Positions 11,380 through 22,046 are shown, numbered from the stretch's first letter. The stretch is 64,000 nt of DNA from Calditrichia bacterium (GCA_963796965.1 CAWCNS010000011.1:416001-480000), one strand, 5' to 3'. Program-made: numbers and translations. Notes: generated by a model not told the origin, from the letters alone.

Positions 11380-12689
11380 GGTTTTTTTCCAATTAAAATA
11401 AGTACACCAATCAAGGCACTTAGGACGGATCCGCATATGATGCCAAGTTTTGCCTGATCGAGCATCATACCCTCTAAAGCAAGGCTGGCAATAAATAATG
11501 CCATCGTGAACCCAATTCCGGCAAGAAATCCCCCACCCAATATTACGCGCCACGTGATGTTTTCTGGTAATACAGCAAAATTCATCCTGATAGCCAACCA
11601 GCTAAACAGCATTATACCTACAGGTTTACCAATAAAAAGACCTACAATTATAGCAAATGAAATCGCACTGGTCAATCCGGAAATATTAATTGTGACACCT
11701 GCATTGGCCAAAGCAAAAAGGGGCATTATCAGGAAACTCACCCATGGATGTAAATCATTCTCGAACCGCTCCAAGGGAGAAACCGATTTTCTGGCCGCCC
11801 GCTCCATTGTGCGCAGCATCTCGTACCTCTCTTTTGTTGAAAGCCAACCCTCACCTTTTAATACTCCCATTGTAGATTGCAGCATCAGTGAAAAGCGTCG
11901 CTCATTGACCCAGCTCCCTGTTGGCGTTATCAAACCTACAATTACACCAGCTAGGGTAGCATGAATACCTGACTCATGAAATCCAAACCAAACCATCAAT
12001 GCAACGAAGGCGTAAACAGCCGCATTTTGTACACCAATTTTTTGCATAACAAGAAACACACCTATTGAGAATATCCCAAATATTAATGCCAGATAGTCGA
12101 GTTGTGCCGTATATCCAACAGCGATAACCAGAATGGCACCAATATCATCAACAATTGCCAGGGAAAGGAGAAAAATCCGCAACCGGGAAGGAATGCTTTT
12201 TCCAAGGACAGCAAGTGCACCAACGACGAATGCAATGTCTGTCGCCATAGGTATGCCCCACCCCCTTGCGCCCGGTTCACCCGCCTGTAAAGCCAGATAG
12301 AGACCTGCCGGTACAAGCATCCCTCCAATCGCTGCAAAAACAGGTAAAGCCGCACTTTTCATATCCTGCAATTCGCCCATGACGATTTCGCGTTTAACCT
12401 CCAGGCCAATAACAAAGAAAAAAATAGCCATCAGAAAATCATTGATCCAGTGTTTAACAGAGTGAAGCATTTCAAAACTGCCGATTTTAATGCCTATCTT
12501 CGTAGCCCAAAACGTAGAATATTTATCAGCAAAATCTGAATTTGCCAGGACCAGAGCGACAATTGTTGCCCCAAGCAAAACGATACCACTGGCAGACTCA
12601 ACATGCATAAATCTTTTTATGGGATCAATGTATTTATCAATGGGCTCAGCAGGTAAGCGCCCAGGTAGGTCGGTATTATTTTTTTCCAT
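11376..12689 (-). CDS. nhaA: Na+/H+ antiporter NhaA
   Basis: WINDFLMAIFF, GLEVKRE, GWGIPMATDIAF, LAIVDDIGA, GIHATLAG and GIGFTMALFI motifs. Confidence 0.97.
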   Translation of the reverse strand: MEKNNTDLPGRLPAEPIDKYIDPIKRFMHVESASGIVLLGATIVALVLANSDFADKYSTFWATKIGIKIGSFEMLHSVKHWINDFLMAIFFFVIGLEVKREIVMGELQDMKSAALPVFAAIGGMLVPAGLYLALQAGEPGARGWGIPMATDIAFVVGALAVLGKSIPSRLRIFLLSLAIVDDIGAILVIAVGYTAQLDYLALIFGIFSIGVFLVMQKIGVQNAAVYAFVALMVWFGFHESGIHATLAGVIVGLITPTGSWVNERRFSLMLQSTMGVLKGEGWLSTKERYEMLRTMERAARKSVSPLERFENDLHPWVSFLIMPLFALANAGVTINISGLTSAISFAIIVGLFIGKPVGIMLFSWLAIRMNFAVLPENITWRVILGGGFLAGIGFTMALFIASLALEGMMLDQAKLGIICGSVLSALIGVLILIGKKP

Positions 12690-13047
12690 ATTTCAAATAT
12701 TCCTGTTATTTCATAAAAAATATAGAGAAGTATTTACGGTACAAAGAATTTCTTTACTTTTACAAATCTTGTAATAAACTTAAGTTAATGAATTGACAGC
12801 TGAAATGATAAATTAATAAGATACTAAAACGACCTAACTGAACTGACCATTCCCCTAAATTATTATAAATCAGTTGAAAATTTGTTCACACTAAAGTGAG
12901 GGCTCTAATTTTTCCCTGTTTAAGGAAAATGGGACTTGGTGTTTGGCTATGCCATCTATATTTGAGATATAGGTTTTTATTCTTTGCGGCTTAGCGCCTT
13001 TGCGAGAAGAACATAAATGAAGATAGTTATATATTAACAATGGGAGG

Positions 13048-13080
13048 AAAAAAAACCCGGGATTAACTCCCGGGTTTTTT
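13048..13080 (-). terminator. Rho-independent terminator (possibly bidirectional)
   Basis: A-run, CCCGGGA-ttaac-TCCCGGG, T-run; 45 bp downstream of 13125..13724. Confidence 0.85.
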
Positions 13081-13124
13081 ATTAATAAATGTGATCAGGA
13101 AGTACTGATCAAATTTTCAAAAGT

Positions 13125-13724
13125 CTATCTGTAATAGGCAAAACCGATTTGAAAACTTACATATTGGAGAGCATCGGCTTCATCATAGTTCTCTGTACTA
13201 CCTGGAGGTAATACATAATTATACTTCATACCCAGGTTAATATGAACATCACCGACAGGCATAGTGAAACCCACTTCCGGGGCGACACCCCATTGCCAGT
13301 TTTTTTCTTCAAGCATTTTTATACCCAGGGTTAATCTGGACCAGGTATAATAAGCGCCGGCATTAAGTCCAAAATAGGGCCGGAAACATTCTTCACCCCC
13401 AAGCCAGATATGAGCATTTAGCATAATCGGGAAAGTATTGACATAGCGAAATTGTTTTCCACTGACGGTGCCATTTTCTAACTGGAGGGGTTCAGTGGTT
13501 TGTTCGTAGAATACTTGCCAACCGGCATAAAAACCAACTGTCATAAATGGAAGGATATATTTTCTACCATCAAATCCAATACCCAGATAACTGGGTGCCT
13601 CAATAAACGCCTTTGTTTCACCGGCAGGAACAGCGATATTATATGAAAGGGTTGTCATATAATCCTGACCAAAGGCGGCAAAACTGAGAGCGGCAACGAG
13701 AATAATAATGCTGATTAGTTTCAT
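13125..13724 (-). CDS. OmpW-like outer-membrane beta-barrel protein
   Basis: Signal peptide; RPYFGLNAGAY and WQWGVAPEVG strands. Confidence 0.85.
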   Translation of the reverse strand: MKLISIIILVAALSFAAFGQDYMTTLSYNIAVPAGETKAFIEAPSYLGIGFDGRKYILPFMTVGFYAGWQVFYEQTTEPLQLENGTVSGKQFRYVNTFPIMLNAHIWLGGEECFRPYFGLNAGAYYTWSRLTLGIKMLEEKNWQWGVAPEVGFTMPVGDVHINLGMKYNYVLPPGSTENYDEADALQYVSFQIGFAYYR

Positions 13725-13754
13725 ATTGATATACCTCTATTTTTTTGTGATTTT

Positions 13755-14390
13755 TTAATTTGTAGATGTACCTAAATAAGGTGATTGTACAAAGCATCTA
13801 TTAACCAACTCGATCAAACGCCTATTCATATTTGTATAGGACTGTTCAACAACGCCATTTATAACTCCAAGCCACATTGGCATCGGTTCATCAGCCTGCA
13901 TTTTATGATCAGACATGCTTATAAGAACAGTACCTGTTTCAACCTCATAGGTTGCTCCCCCACTGTCAGTATAATAACTACCACTGCCGTAATTATCATA
14001 TCCAGAGCCATATTCATCTCCGTAATCATACTCACTGTTAAGATTATATCCTTCTTTAACAACCGATAGCGTTACAATCATATCCGATTGATTAGGATCA
14101 TCAACACGAGTATAACCAAGGGCGCCCATATTTGCAGCAACCTGGCTTAAAACCAAGGCATCATACTCACCCGCAGGATCATTACTATTAGGGCGAGCCA
14201 CCGTGTCAGGCATGGCATAAGTTTTATATGAACTAAAATTTACATCCTTATCATAAAACGTCCCGACGATATCAAATTCCTCAATATCTTCCGGACCATA
14301 AGGAAAACAGGCTTGTAAAATCACAAGACTTCCAAAAATAAGAGCGGAAAAAAGACCGGCTCTGATTAAGTTCTTCCTAAATAGAAGCAT
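13755..14390 (-). CDS. DUF4136-family lipoprotein
   Basis: Lipobox LQA-C; NFSSYKTY, MGALGY, GTVLISM and QSPYL motifs. Confidence 0.8.
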   Translation of the reverse strand: MLLFRKNLIRAGLFSALIFGSLVILQACFPYGPEDIEEFDIVGTFYDKDVNFSSYKTYAMPDTVARPNSNDPAGEYDALVLSQVAANMGALGYTRVDDPNQSDMIVTLSVVKEGYNLNSEYDYGDEYGSGYDNYGSGSYYTDSGGATYEVETGTVLISMSDHKMQADEPMPMWLGVINGVVEQSYTNMNRRLIELVNRCFVQSPYLGTSTN

Positions 14391-14596
14391 AATTGTACTC
14401 TCCTTTTTAATTTGATTAACTCTTTTGTATTTGACGATTATAACAATTTAACACCTGATAAGTTGTATATCAGGTGTCCCCATATACTATTTATATCATA
14501 TTATTTGATTAAATCTCCTCTGGAGTATCTTTAGAACGGTAGAGATGTTCCTTTTGTTCCATATTTTATGCTCTTTCTTCCTTTCCCTGATAATTA

Positions 14597-15214
14597 TCAC
14601 CAGGTTGGCACTGATATCCCAAAATTAAAAGTCAGATAGGTAAATTCGAGCGGTTCCTTTGTAATAGAGGTACCCCCTTCAAAAGCATGGTTATAGCGCA
14701 CGCTCGCCTGAAGATAGATATAATCAGTAGGGACAAGAATACCAACCGTTGGTGCGACTCCCAAATGCCAGTTATCTTTTTCAACCATGAACAAACCTAC
14801 TTCTAACCTTTCAATGATGTAATAAGCACCGACACCGACGCCAAAATAGGGTCTGACACTGCTTTTCTTATGACCGAAAAAATAACTAAAATTTGCCAGG
14901 ACAGGGAATGAACTAAAATAGCGTATCTGAGTTCCGGTTAAGGTGCTTCCCTCCAATTCAATTGTGCCACCTCTCTGTAATTCGTCAAACGCATTCCACC
15001 CTGTAAGGAATCCAATCGTCAGATTTCTGCTTAGAAATTTATCATACTCAACAGCAAATCCGGTCCAACTTAAATCGCTTACAAAGTTTTTTGTATCTCC
15101 CATTGTAGAGCCGACACTATATTGAACACCTGCGAGACCAGGATACAACTGAGCCTGTACATTAACAAAGGTACTCATCATTAGAATTATTAAGATAATT
15201 TTACGAATTTTCAT
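14597..15214 (-). CDS. OmpW-like outer-membrane beta-barrel protein
   Basis: Signal peptide; RPYFGVGVGAY and WHLGVAPTVG strands. Confidence 0.85.
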   Translation of the reverse strand: MKIRKIILIILMMSTFVNVQAQLYPGLAGVQYSVGSTMGDTKNFVSDLSWTGFAVEYDKFLSRNLTIGFLTGWNAFDELQRGGTIELEGSTLTGTQIRYFSSFPVLANFSYFFGHKKSSVRPYFGVGVGAYYIIERLEVGLFMVEKDNWHLGVAPTVGILVPTDYIYLQASVRYNHAFEGGTSITKEPLEFTYLTFNFGISVPTW

Positions 15215-15251
15215 TCTATGTTCCCATCACATATATTATGAGCGAGTATTA

Positions 15252-15908
15252 TTAATTAGAAGTACCAAGATACGGGGACTGGGTATAAGCCTGATTAATA
15301 TCCCTCGTTAATCTGTCGCGAATATTTGATTTTGTATCCTCAAGCAAGCCATTAATGACGCCTAGCCATACCGTCGCTAATAATTTCTGGTTTTCATCAT
15401 ATTCATTGGGATCTGCCATATTAATAAAGACCGTACCGGTCCGGTACCCTTCCACAGTTGGCCCTCCCCAGTAAGGTGGATAGTAATAACCATATCCGGG
15501 ATACCCCCAATAACCGCCCCAGGAATAATTATAATAAACCTGAAGGTTTGTAGAGGAGGTTGCCGCAAGAATTATACCTAGATCAGCACCTGAGACGGTA
15601 ATTCTTCTATATCCGAGATTCGTCATATTCTCTTCAACAAGACTTAGGATTAATTGGTCATTACTCCGTCCAAGTTCATCTTCTTCGCCTTCTTCAACAA
15701 TATGGATAATCGTATCAGGCATAAAGTAAGTTTTAAAACTTGAGTAGTTCAAATCTTCTTTGTAATACGTTGCCACGACATCATACTCAGACGTTGACAA
15801 TCCATAGTCATTGTAACACCCTGCCAACGTAAGGACAAACAAACCCATAACCAGAAGTAATATATATCGACTGATTGATTTCAAATATTTTAAATTCAGA
15901 GTGCTCAT
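15252..15908 (-). CDS. DUF4136-family lipoprotein
   Basis: Lipobox LAG-C; NYSSFKTY, Tyr/Gly/Trp-rich loop, QSPYLGTSN. Confidence 0.8.
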   Translation of the reverse strand: MSTLNLKYLKSISRYILLLVMGLFVLTLAGCYNDYGLSTSEYDVVATYYKEDLNYSSFKTYFMPDTIIHIVEEGEEDELGRSNDQLILSLVEENMTNLGYRRITVSGADLGIILAATSSTNLQVYYNYSWGGYWGYPGYGYYYPPYWGGPTVEGYRTGTVFINMADPNEYDENQKLLATVWLGVINGLLEDTKSNIRDRLTRDINQAYTQSPYLGTSN

Positions 15909-16231
15909 TCAGCATTCCTCCTTAGTGAAGATTTATAATTTTGAGCATAAATAGAACTAATATTTAAATTTTTGTAAATTAGATCTTGATAAAATTAAGT
16001 TGTTAGATGCAATGTATTCATTATTCTATAAGAAAGTAAATTTAGATTATTTATAGTTACATTTCAAATCAAATCTACGTAAATACCTTTTCAGAGCAGC
16101 AATTCGTTGAATCATGTATTTTTTCGTCAAACGCACATCCTAATTTATGGTTCCATTTAAAGATAAGAGCATATTTATTCTCCCAGAATGCATAAAAATT
16201 AAATCATACTATAGATAAGAGGAACCGGTTT

Positions 16232-16894
16232 ATGTTAGATAAAATTAATGTTTTAGATTCCAGAGAGACAATAACATACATATATCAGTGCCCTTTAATC
16301 CCTTATATATATCTTGTATTGATAATTATTTTTGCTATTTCGATTCCGGGAAGTCTCCATGCTGACGATTCCACCCAGAAAGATTCAAGCACAGTAGTAG
16401 AACACGTAACTGAAGCCAAACCTTATCCAACATCTTTATGGCTGGGAGCGCAACTTATCCCCAGCCCGGAGTGGATTTTCAGTAATGATGGGGGATCACG
16501 TTTTGGTATGCGCTGGCAAGTTACTCCCCTTCTATACTCATTTGGAATAAATAAGCGTTTGTCGCCCTGGCGCTATTTTATAGCGGAACCGATAGTCAGA
16601 CAAAATGGGTCAATTGAATTATTCTTCACTCCGGAATGGGTGCATCTCACAGATAACTTTTCTAATAATTGGCTGTTCCGAGGTGGATTGAGGTTATATT
16701 TTCCACTATACCGCTATGGGGAGTATCTTTCCGGATCACTTTCAACCTCTTACTATAATTACAATGGGCAGCAGGGCATAAGTTATGAGGGGGGCATCTA
16801 TATATTTTTTGGCATATTAGGTCTTCAGGCAACATATTCCCCCGATATGAGTGAGGCTCCGTGGATCCTTACCTTACGTCTCCGCTTTTTTTAG
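16232..16894 (+). CDS. Hypothetical exported, probably outer-membrane, protein
   Basis: Signal-like segment, aromatic strands, C-terminal LRLRFF. Confidence 0.6.
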   Translation: MLDKINVLDSRETITYIYQCPLIPYIYLVLIIIFAISIPGSLHADDSTQKDSSTVVEHVTEAKPYPTSLWLGAQLIPSPEWIFSNDGGSRFGMRWQVTPLLYSFGINKRLSPWRYFIAEPIVRQNGSIELFFTPEWVHLTDNFSNNWLFRGGLRLYFPLYRYGEYLSGSLSTSYYNYNGQQGISYEGGIYIFFGILGLQATYSPDMSEAPWILTLRLRFF

Positions 16895-17258
16895 TTTGAG
16901 TCGTTTGGATTTCATTCGGCATTTGAGCTTGGTCATTGGGAATTGAGAGGAGAATTTCAAATGTCTAAATCCCACTGTCAATTCAATGCCCAAATCTCAA
17001 TTTCTAATATAATAACGCCCTTTTGATTTGAGTCATTTTGATTTCATTTGACATTTAATCTTGGTCATTGGACATTATATTTGAGGATCAACGTACTATC
17101 ACAAGTTACTCGGCCTAGGGGATCTTTTTTTAATCATAACCGTATCAATGGGTGCAAATTAACAGAATATTATTTTTGTACCTTTTGTGGCCGTTCGCGA
17201 ACGGCCACTACTATATTGGCTGCTTGAATATTTATAATAGGTAGATAAAAAACGTACT

Positions 17259-18257
17259 ATGAAAAAAAATATATATATACTGATATCAATAATGTTGTTC
17301 GGCACATTATTTAATTCCTGCGCGGCAACAAAGTCTACGGCAAATACCATTGGGAGGAGTTTTTCTGCTATATTTAAAACACCGCGGGAACTTCCCGATA
17401 AAATAACAGAACCCTTCCGCCCGGATGCAAGGTTAGCAGTATTATGGGTTGGTCACGCCACAGTTCTGATTCAGATGGATGATAAGTTTATTCTGACGGA
17501 TCCTTTATTTACAACAACTGTGGGCCAACTCTCAAAACGATTGGTAGAGCCTGGCATAGATCCGGACAATCTCCCGGAAATTGATGCCGTGTTGATATCG
17601 CACCTCCATATTGACCATTATTCACCTGCCTCCATTGGCATGTTTGAGGAAAAGATAAAGCAATTATTAATTCCCCAGGGAGGATTTGTGTATGTACCTA
17701 ATTTTGATATTGAGATGTCTGAAATTTCTACCTGGCACACGTGGGAAAAAGACGGATTACGTATTACCGCAGTACCCGTTATTCATAATGGGTGGCGCTA
17801 TGCCCTGGATAATGCCTGGATGACAACTAGCTTTACAGGCTATATGGTTGAGTACAGGGATTTAACCGTCTATATAGGTGGAGACACGGCTTATGATTCT
17901 ACCTTGTTTAAAGATACAGGAAAAAAGTTTAAACATATAGATCTTGCAATATTACCCATAGCTCCAATTCATCCCCGTGAATATAGCAAGGCACGGCATA
18001 CGGATCCGGCAGAAGCACTACAAATCACTATTGATCTTGGTGCCGATTATTTATTACCAATGCATTATGACACCTTCCCGGAATCCCTTGATTCTTTGGG
18101 AGAAGCTGGCAATCTAATGCGGGAGGAAATTAAGAAAATGCAGGTTGAACCAGATCGGGTTGCCATACTCGAAGTTGGTGAACAAAGGACACTCATCTAT
18201 GATCAAAAAGTTGAACACTTAACTTCTCGACAAGATTCTGAAGATCGTTTGGATTAA
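17259..18257 (+). CDS. MBL-fold metallo-hydrolase, NAPE-PLD/RomA-like lipoprotein
   Basis: WVGHAT, LTDP, SHLHIDH, GGDT and PMHYDTF motifs; lipobox FNS-C. Confidence 0.85.
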   Translation: MKKNIYILISIMLFGTLFNSCAATKSTANTIGRSFSAIFKTPRELPDKITEPFRPDARLAVLWVGHATVLIQMDDKFILTDPLFTTTVGQLSKRLVEPGIDPDNLPEIDAVLISHLHIDHYSPASIGMFEEKIKQLLIPQGGFVYVPNFDIEMSEISTWHTWEKDGLRITAVPVIHNGWRYALDNAWMTTSFTGYMVEYRDLTVYIGGDTAYDSTLFKDTGKKFKHIDLAILPIAPIHPREYSKARHTDPAEALQITIDLGADYLLPMHYDTFPESLDSLGEAGNLMREEIKKMQVEPDRVAILEVGEQRTLIYDQKVEHLTSRQDSEDRLD

Positions 18258-18406
18258 TGTAAAACATCAATTTGCATATCCAGACATCAAATTGTAACTT
18301 TTAATTTAATAGTACACGCGTCAAGTTTTGAGGAGAAGTTGACCTGGACCAGATCCTGAACGAAGGATCGGCTATTCAATGAGGATTTAAGGGCTCTTAT
18401 TATAAA

Positions 18407-19213
18407 ATGTTTGAAAGTATTTTTACTCTTATTTTAGCAGGCTTTTTGGCTGGTGTTGTTTTTTCGATGCCGATCGCAGGCCCGATCAGCATCATCATCG
18501 TCTCTAAGGCATTTGAAGGTAAACTACGATTCTGTACCCGTATCGCCATTGGCGCTTCGATCGTTGAAGCAATTTATGTCTTTATTGTGGTTTATGGCAT
18601 TACAACCTTAATTCATTATTATCAACCCTTTATTCCCTACCTACTGATAATCGGAGCAATTTTAGTTGTTTTTGTAGGTATTAAAATCATGCGCCGAAAC
18701 ATTGATTTTGATGTTTTAAACTCTGAAAAAGTGATTACAGATAAGATGGAGAACAAGGGCGGTATGCGGACGGGCATTGTCATAAATTTAACCAATCCTA
18801 CTTTATTTATAGGCTGGTTAGTTGCATCTTTCATCACTCTCTCATTTACTTCATCTATCGGGCTTGACACGGGTGGATTAGATCTTATTGTAAATGAAAA
18901 CGTCAGTTCCGTATCAGAGATCACAGGTGAGGAGTTTGAGAATCTGGATTCACTAAATTCTGATCACTTGAATCAACATCCTGTTAACAATAGACGTGAA
19001 GGGACATCCGCAGTAGTATTGAGCCTTGTCTTCGCATTATCAGTTGGTTTTGGGGCTCTTATTTGGTTAGATCAATTAGCCCGGATCATTATCAGATACA
19101 GAGATAAGATAAAAGTAGGGATTCTAAACAAGTTAATTCGTTTTCTTGGCATTATTTTAATTATGCTCGGCTTTTATTTAGGCTATCAGGCGTTTTTAAT
19201 CTTTTTACAGTGA
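18407..19213 (+). CDS. LysE-family translocator
   Basis: SMPIAGP and NLTNP motifs; multiple TM helices. Confidence 0.8.
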   Translation: MFESIFTLILAGFLAGVVFSMPIAGPISIIIVSKAFEGKLRFCTRIAIGASIVEAIYVFIVVYGITTLIHYYQPFIPYLLIIGAILVVFVGIKIMRRNIDFDVLNSEKVITDKMENKGGMRTGIVINLTNPTLFIGWLVASFITLSFTSSIGLDTGGLDLIVNENVSSVSEITGEEFENLDSLNSDHLNQHPVNNRREGTSAVVLSLVFALSVGFGALIWLDQLARIIIRYRDKIKVGILNKLIRFLGIILIMLGFYLGYQAFLIFLQ

Positions 19214-19397
19214 TAGTGTACCAGAATTGTTCTCTGAGAGATACTGAAATTTCTGTTAAAAAGCTTATATAAATATTTTATCAAAATTATTCAGTCACGT
19301 GTAATTCCTTATAATAATTCACCAATCTATTGAAGTTAATGCAATCCGATTCGTAAATTTAGGTTTTTGCTAAATTCATAATCAGATTGGAACTAAA

Positions 19398-20423
19398 ATG
19401 AAAAATATCATACTAGATAGAAATGAAAACAATTATGGCCCGGCGTCTGCTTGTCTGGATGTTTTAAAAAATGCAGACAAATCTTTACTCTTCCCCTATA
19501 CAGATGCCTATAAAAGGGGTGTAAAAGGTTTATTGTCAGAAAGATTCGCTTCTGACTTTAAGATTGCAGAGGATAGAATTATTCTTGGATACGGGGCAGA
19601 GGACATTTTAAAACAACTCGTACAATATTTTCTCACCCCCGGGAGCAAGTTAATGATTCCGGCATATTCCTGGTGGTATTATAAAGCAATTGCCAGTGAG
19701 GTCGGTGGAACCAATGTCGAATACCCTCTGCTTAAAGGCGAGAACACTTTCTATTATGATATTGAGAACATGCTTTCCCTGATTAATAAAGAGAAACCAG
19801 CACTTGTGTTTCTTAGCTCCCCTAATAATCCAACGGGCAATTCCATTTCAGATGAGGATTTAGCCACTGTCTTAGATAACCTTAAAAATACAACTATTGC
19901 CCTTGACGAGGCCTATTGGGCTAAGGGAAATAATCAGAGAGTGACCAATCTTGTTGAAAAATATGACAATCTGATTGTGATTCGGACCTTTTCCAAACTT
20001 TTTGCCCTGGCTGGCGTAAGGATTGGCTATGCACTGATCGGTAAAAATTTAAAACCCTTTTACAATATGGCTCAGCGTTACCTGGGGTACAATCTGCTAT
20101 CAGAAAGAATTGCTTTAGCAGCGCTCGATTCACCTGATTATTATCAGGATTTGCATGATAAAATGGAAGCAGATAAGGAACTCTACTATACTGAGTTGGG
20201 TAGCCTTCCCGGATTTACCGTATACCGGTCTGACGCTAATTTTGTTCTGGTCGAAATTCCAGCAGAGATTAAAGAAACATTAAACAGTTATCTAAAAGAA
20301 AAGGGTATCATAATTAAGTTTATGAATGAAGAGATCCTTAACAAGCATTTACGGATCACCATTGGAACCCAGGAAGAGAACCGTATCGTTATTGATGCAA
20401 TAAAAAAATTTATAAATAAGTAG
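19398..20423 (+). CDS. Class I/II PLP-dependent enzyme, HisC/CobD-like (aminotransferase or phospho-amino-acid decarboxylase)
   Basis: LDRNEN, SPNNPTG, LDEAY, RTFSK(PLP Lys)LFALAGVRIGY and LRITIG. Confidence 0.85.
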   Translation: MKNIILDRNENNYGPASACLDVLKNADKSLLFPYTDAYKRGVKGLLSERFASDFKIAEDRIILGYGAEDILKQLVQYFLTPGSKLMIPAYSWWYYKAIASEVGGTNVEYPLLKGENTFYYDIENMLSLINKEKPALVFLSSPNNPTGNSISDEDLATVLDNLKNTTIALDEAYWAKGNNQRVTNLVEKYDNLIVIRTFSKLFALAGVRIGYALIGKNLKPFYNMAQRYLGYNLLSERIALAALDSPDYYQDLHDKMEADKELYYTELGSLPGFTVYRSDANFVLVEIPAEIKETLNSYLKEKGIIIKFMNEEILNKHLRITIGTQEENRIVIDAIKKFINK

Positions 20424-20430
20424 AACTACC

Positions 20431-21309
20431 ATGAATATTATCGAAGAATATAAGAGATCTCTAAAACTAGTTGAAGTTGAAGAGATTATTGACCTCATTT
20501 TTTTTAGGCCTCTTGCAACATTGCTCGTAAAAATAGTTTATCCTACAAATATAACACCAAATCAACTGACCTGGGTAGCCCTGTTTATGGGAATCATCGG
20601 CACATTATTATTTACTGTCGGTACCCCTGCAGCATTTTTAGCCGGTGCGATTTGTTTAATTGTCTACGATTTCTTTGATTGTGCCGATGGTCAATTAGCA
20701 CGACTCAAGGGAACCGGAACGCTAACAGGTCGTATTGTAGATGGTTTTGCCGATTATATCGTTGCCGTTCTAACCTATCTTGGAATTGGCTTCGGCTTTG
20801 CCAGCAATTCCAATGACCCCTTGTTTTGGTGGGTATTGACAGTCTTAGCAGGTTTTAGCAATGCGATACACTCTGTCGCCGTCGATTATTACCGTAATCA
20901 ATTCATGGATTATGCGCTCGAGAGAGACAGTCTTCTGGATGAAGACTTAAATAAGTACAAAGAAGAATATAAGAGATTAGTCGCAGAAAATATCAGATCC
21001 TATGACCGTCTTATAATTTGGTTTTACTTAAAATACTCTGCTTTACAAATAAAATTTTCTTCAGATTCCGGAAATAAAAAGATGGTCCGCTACGATGCCA
21101 AAGATTATTATAAAAAAAACAAAAGAATCCTCCATCTGTGGACCTATATTGGCCCTTCTACAGATCTTACAATAGTCATTGTCTGTGCCCTTTTTAACCG
21201 ATGGGATTTATTTATGATTTGGATGGTCGGTATATCCAATGTATACGCCCTAATTCTGTATTTCTTCCAGCGAAAAATTAACAAAACCATTAAAACAGTT
21301 GGGGTATGA
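20431..21309 (+). CDS. CDP-alcohol phosphatidyltransferase family protein
   Basis: ITPNQLT and signature DCADGQLAR...GRIVDGFAD. Confidence 0.92.
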   Translation: MNIIEEYKRSLKLVEVEEIIDLIFFRPLATLLVKIVYPTNITPNQLTWVALFMGIIGTLLFTVGTPAAFLAGAICLIVYDFFDCADGQLARLKGTGTLTGRIVDGFADYIVAVLTYLGIGFGFASNSNDPLFWWVLTVLAGFSNAIHSVAVDYYRNQFMDYALERDSLLDEDLNKYKEEYKRLVAENIRSYDRLIIWFYLKYSALQIKFSSDSGNKKMVRYDAKDYYKKNKRILHLWTYIGPSTDLTIVIVCALFNRWDLFMIWMVGISNVYALILYFFQRKINKTIKTVGV

Positions 21310-22046
21310 TGAAAGGTATAATTTTAGCTGCCGGTGTTGCTTCCAGATTAAGACCCTTAACCGATAATACGCCAAAATGTCTTCTTCCTGTCGGACAAAA
21401 ATCCATATTGGAACGAACAATTGACAACCTGATTATTAATGGAATCACTGAGTTGATAATTGTGACCGGATATCTGGAAGACATGATTAAATCTTTCGTG
21501 GTTAAAAATTATCCGGATTTGAAGGTACATTTTGTTTTTAACGCGCGATACGATTCTACCAATAATGTATATTCTCTGTGGTTAGCGAAAAATCTAATCG
21601 CTGAATCTGACATAATTCTCATGGATAGTGATATAATTTTTGATCACAGAATTATTAAACTTCTGATGGATAAAGCGACTAAAAATCGACTTGCAGTGCG
21701 ATTTGAGGACAATATGGGTGAAGAAGAAATGAAAGTACTTATTACGGCAGATAACCATATAAAATCTATCAGCAAAGATATTAATCCAGCAGAAGCTGCT
21801 GGTGAGTCCATGGGTATGGCAAAATTTGACTGCGAATTCGTAGCCGAACTATTAAAGATCATTGAGAGAAGAATTTTCGAGGAAGGCCTTGAAAATGAAT
21901 TTTATGAGGCTGCTTTTCAGGAGGCGATTGATAATGGGGCAGACCTTTACGCTGTTGATATCAAGGACTACCGGTGTGTAGAAATTGATACCGTAGAAGA
22001 TATTGACCACGCCAGAAACGAAGTTGTTACTAAAATGGATTCGTGA
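21306..22046 (+). CDS. LicC-like phosphocholine/phospho-alcohol cytidylyltransferase
   Basis: LAAGVASRLRPLTDNTPKCLL, NNVYSL and EIDTVED motifs; overlaps the upstream stop. Confidence 0.88.
   Translation: MMKGIILAAGVASRLRPLTDNTPKCLLPVGQKSILERTIDNLIINGITELIIVTGYLEDMIKSFVVKNYPDLKVHFVFNARYDSTNNVYSLWLAKNLIAESDIILMDSDIIFDHRIIKLLMDKATKNRLAVRFEDNMGEEEMKVLITADNHIKSISKDINPAEAAGESMGMAKFDCEFVAELLKIIERRIFEEGLENEFYEAAFQEAIDNGADLYAVDIKDYRCVEIDTVEDIDHARNEVVTKMDS

Noticed and set aside
11380..11553. N-terminal extension of ORF 10027..11553
   Set aside because: Overlaps nhaA out of frame; the ATGA-coupled start at 11379 is more plausible
19398..20423. Assignment as hisC
   Set aside because: Fold fits, but the context is lipid/CDP-alcohol genes and the N-terminal arm is missing, so no symbol was given
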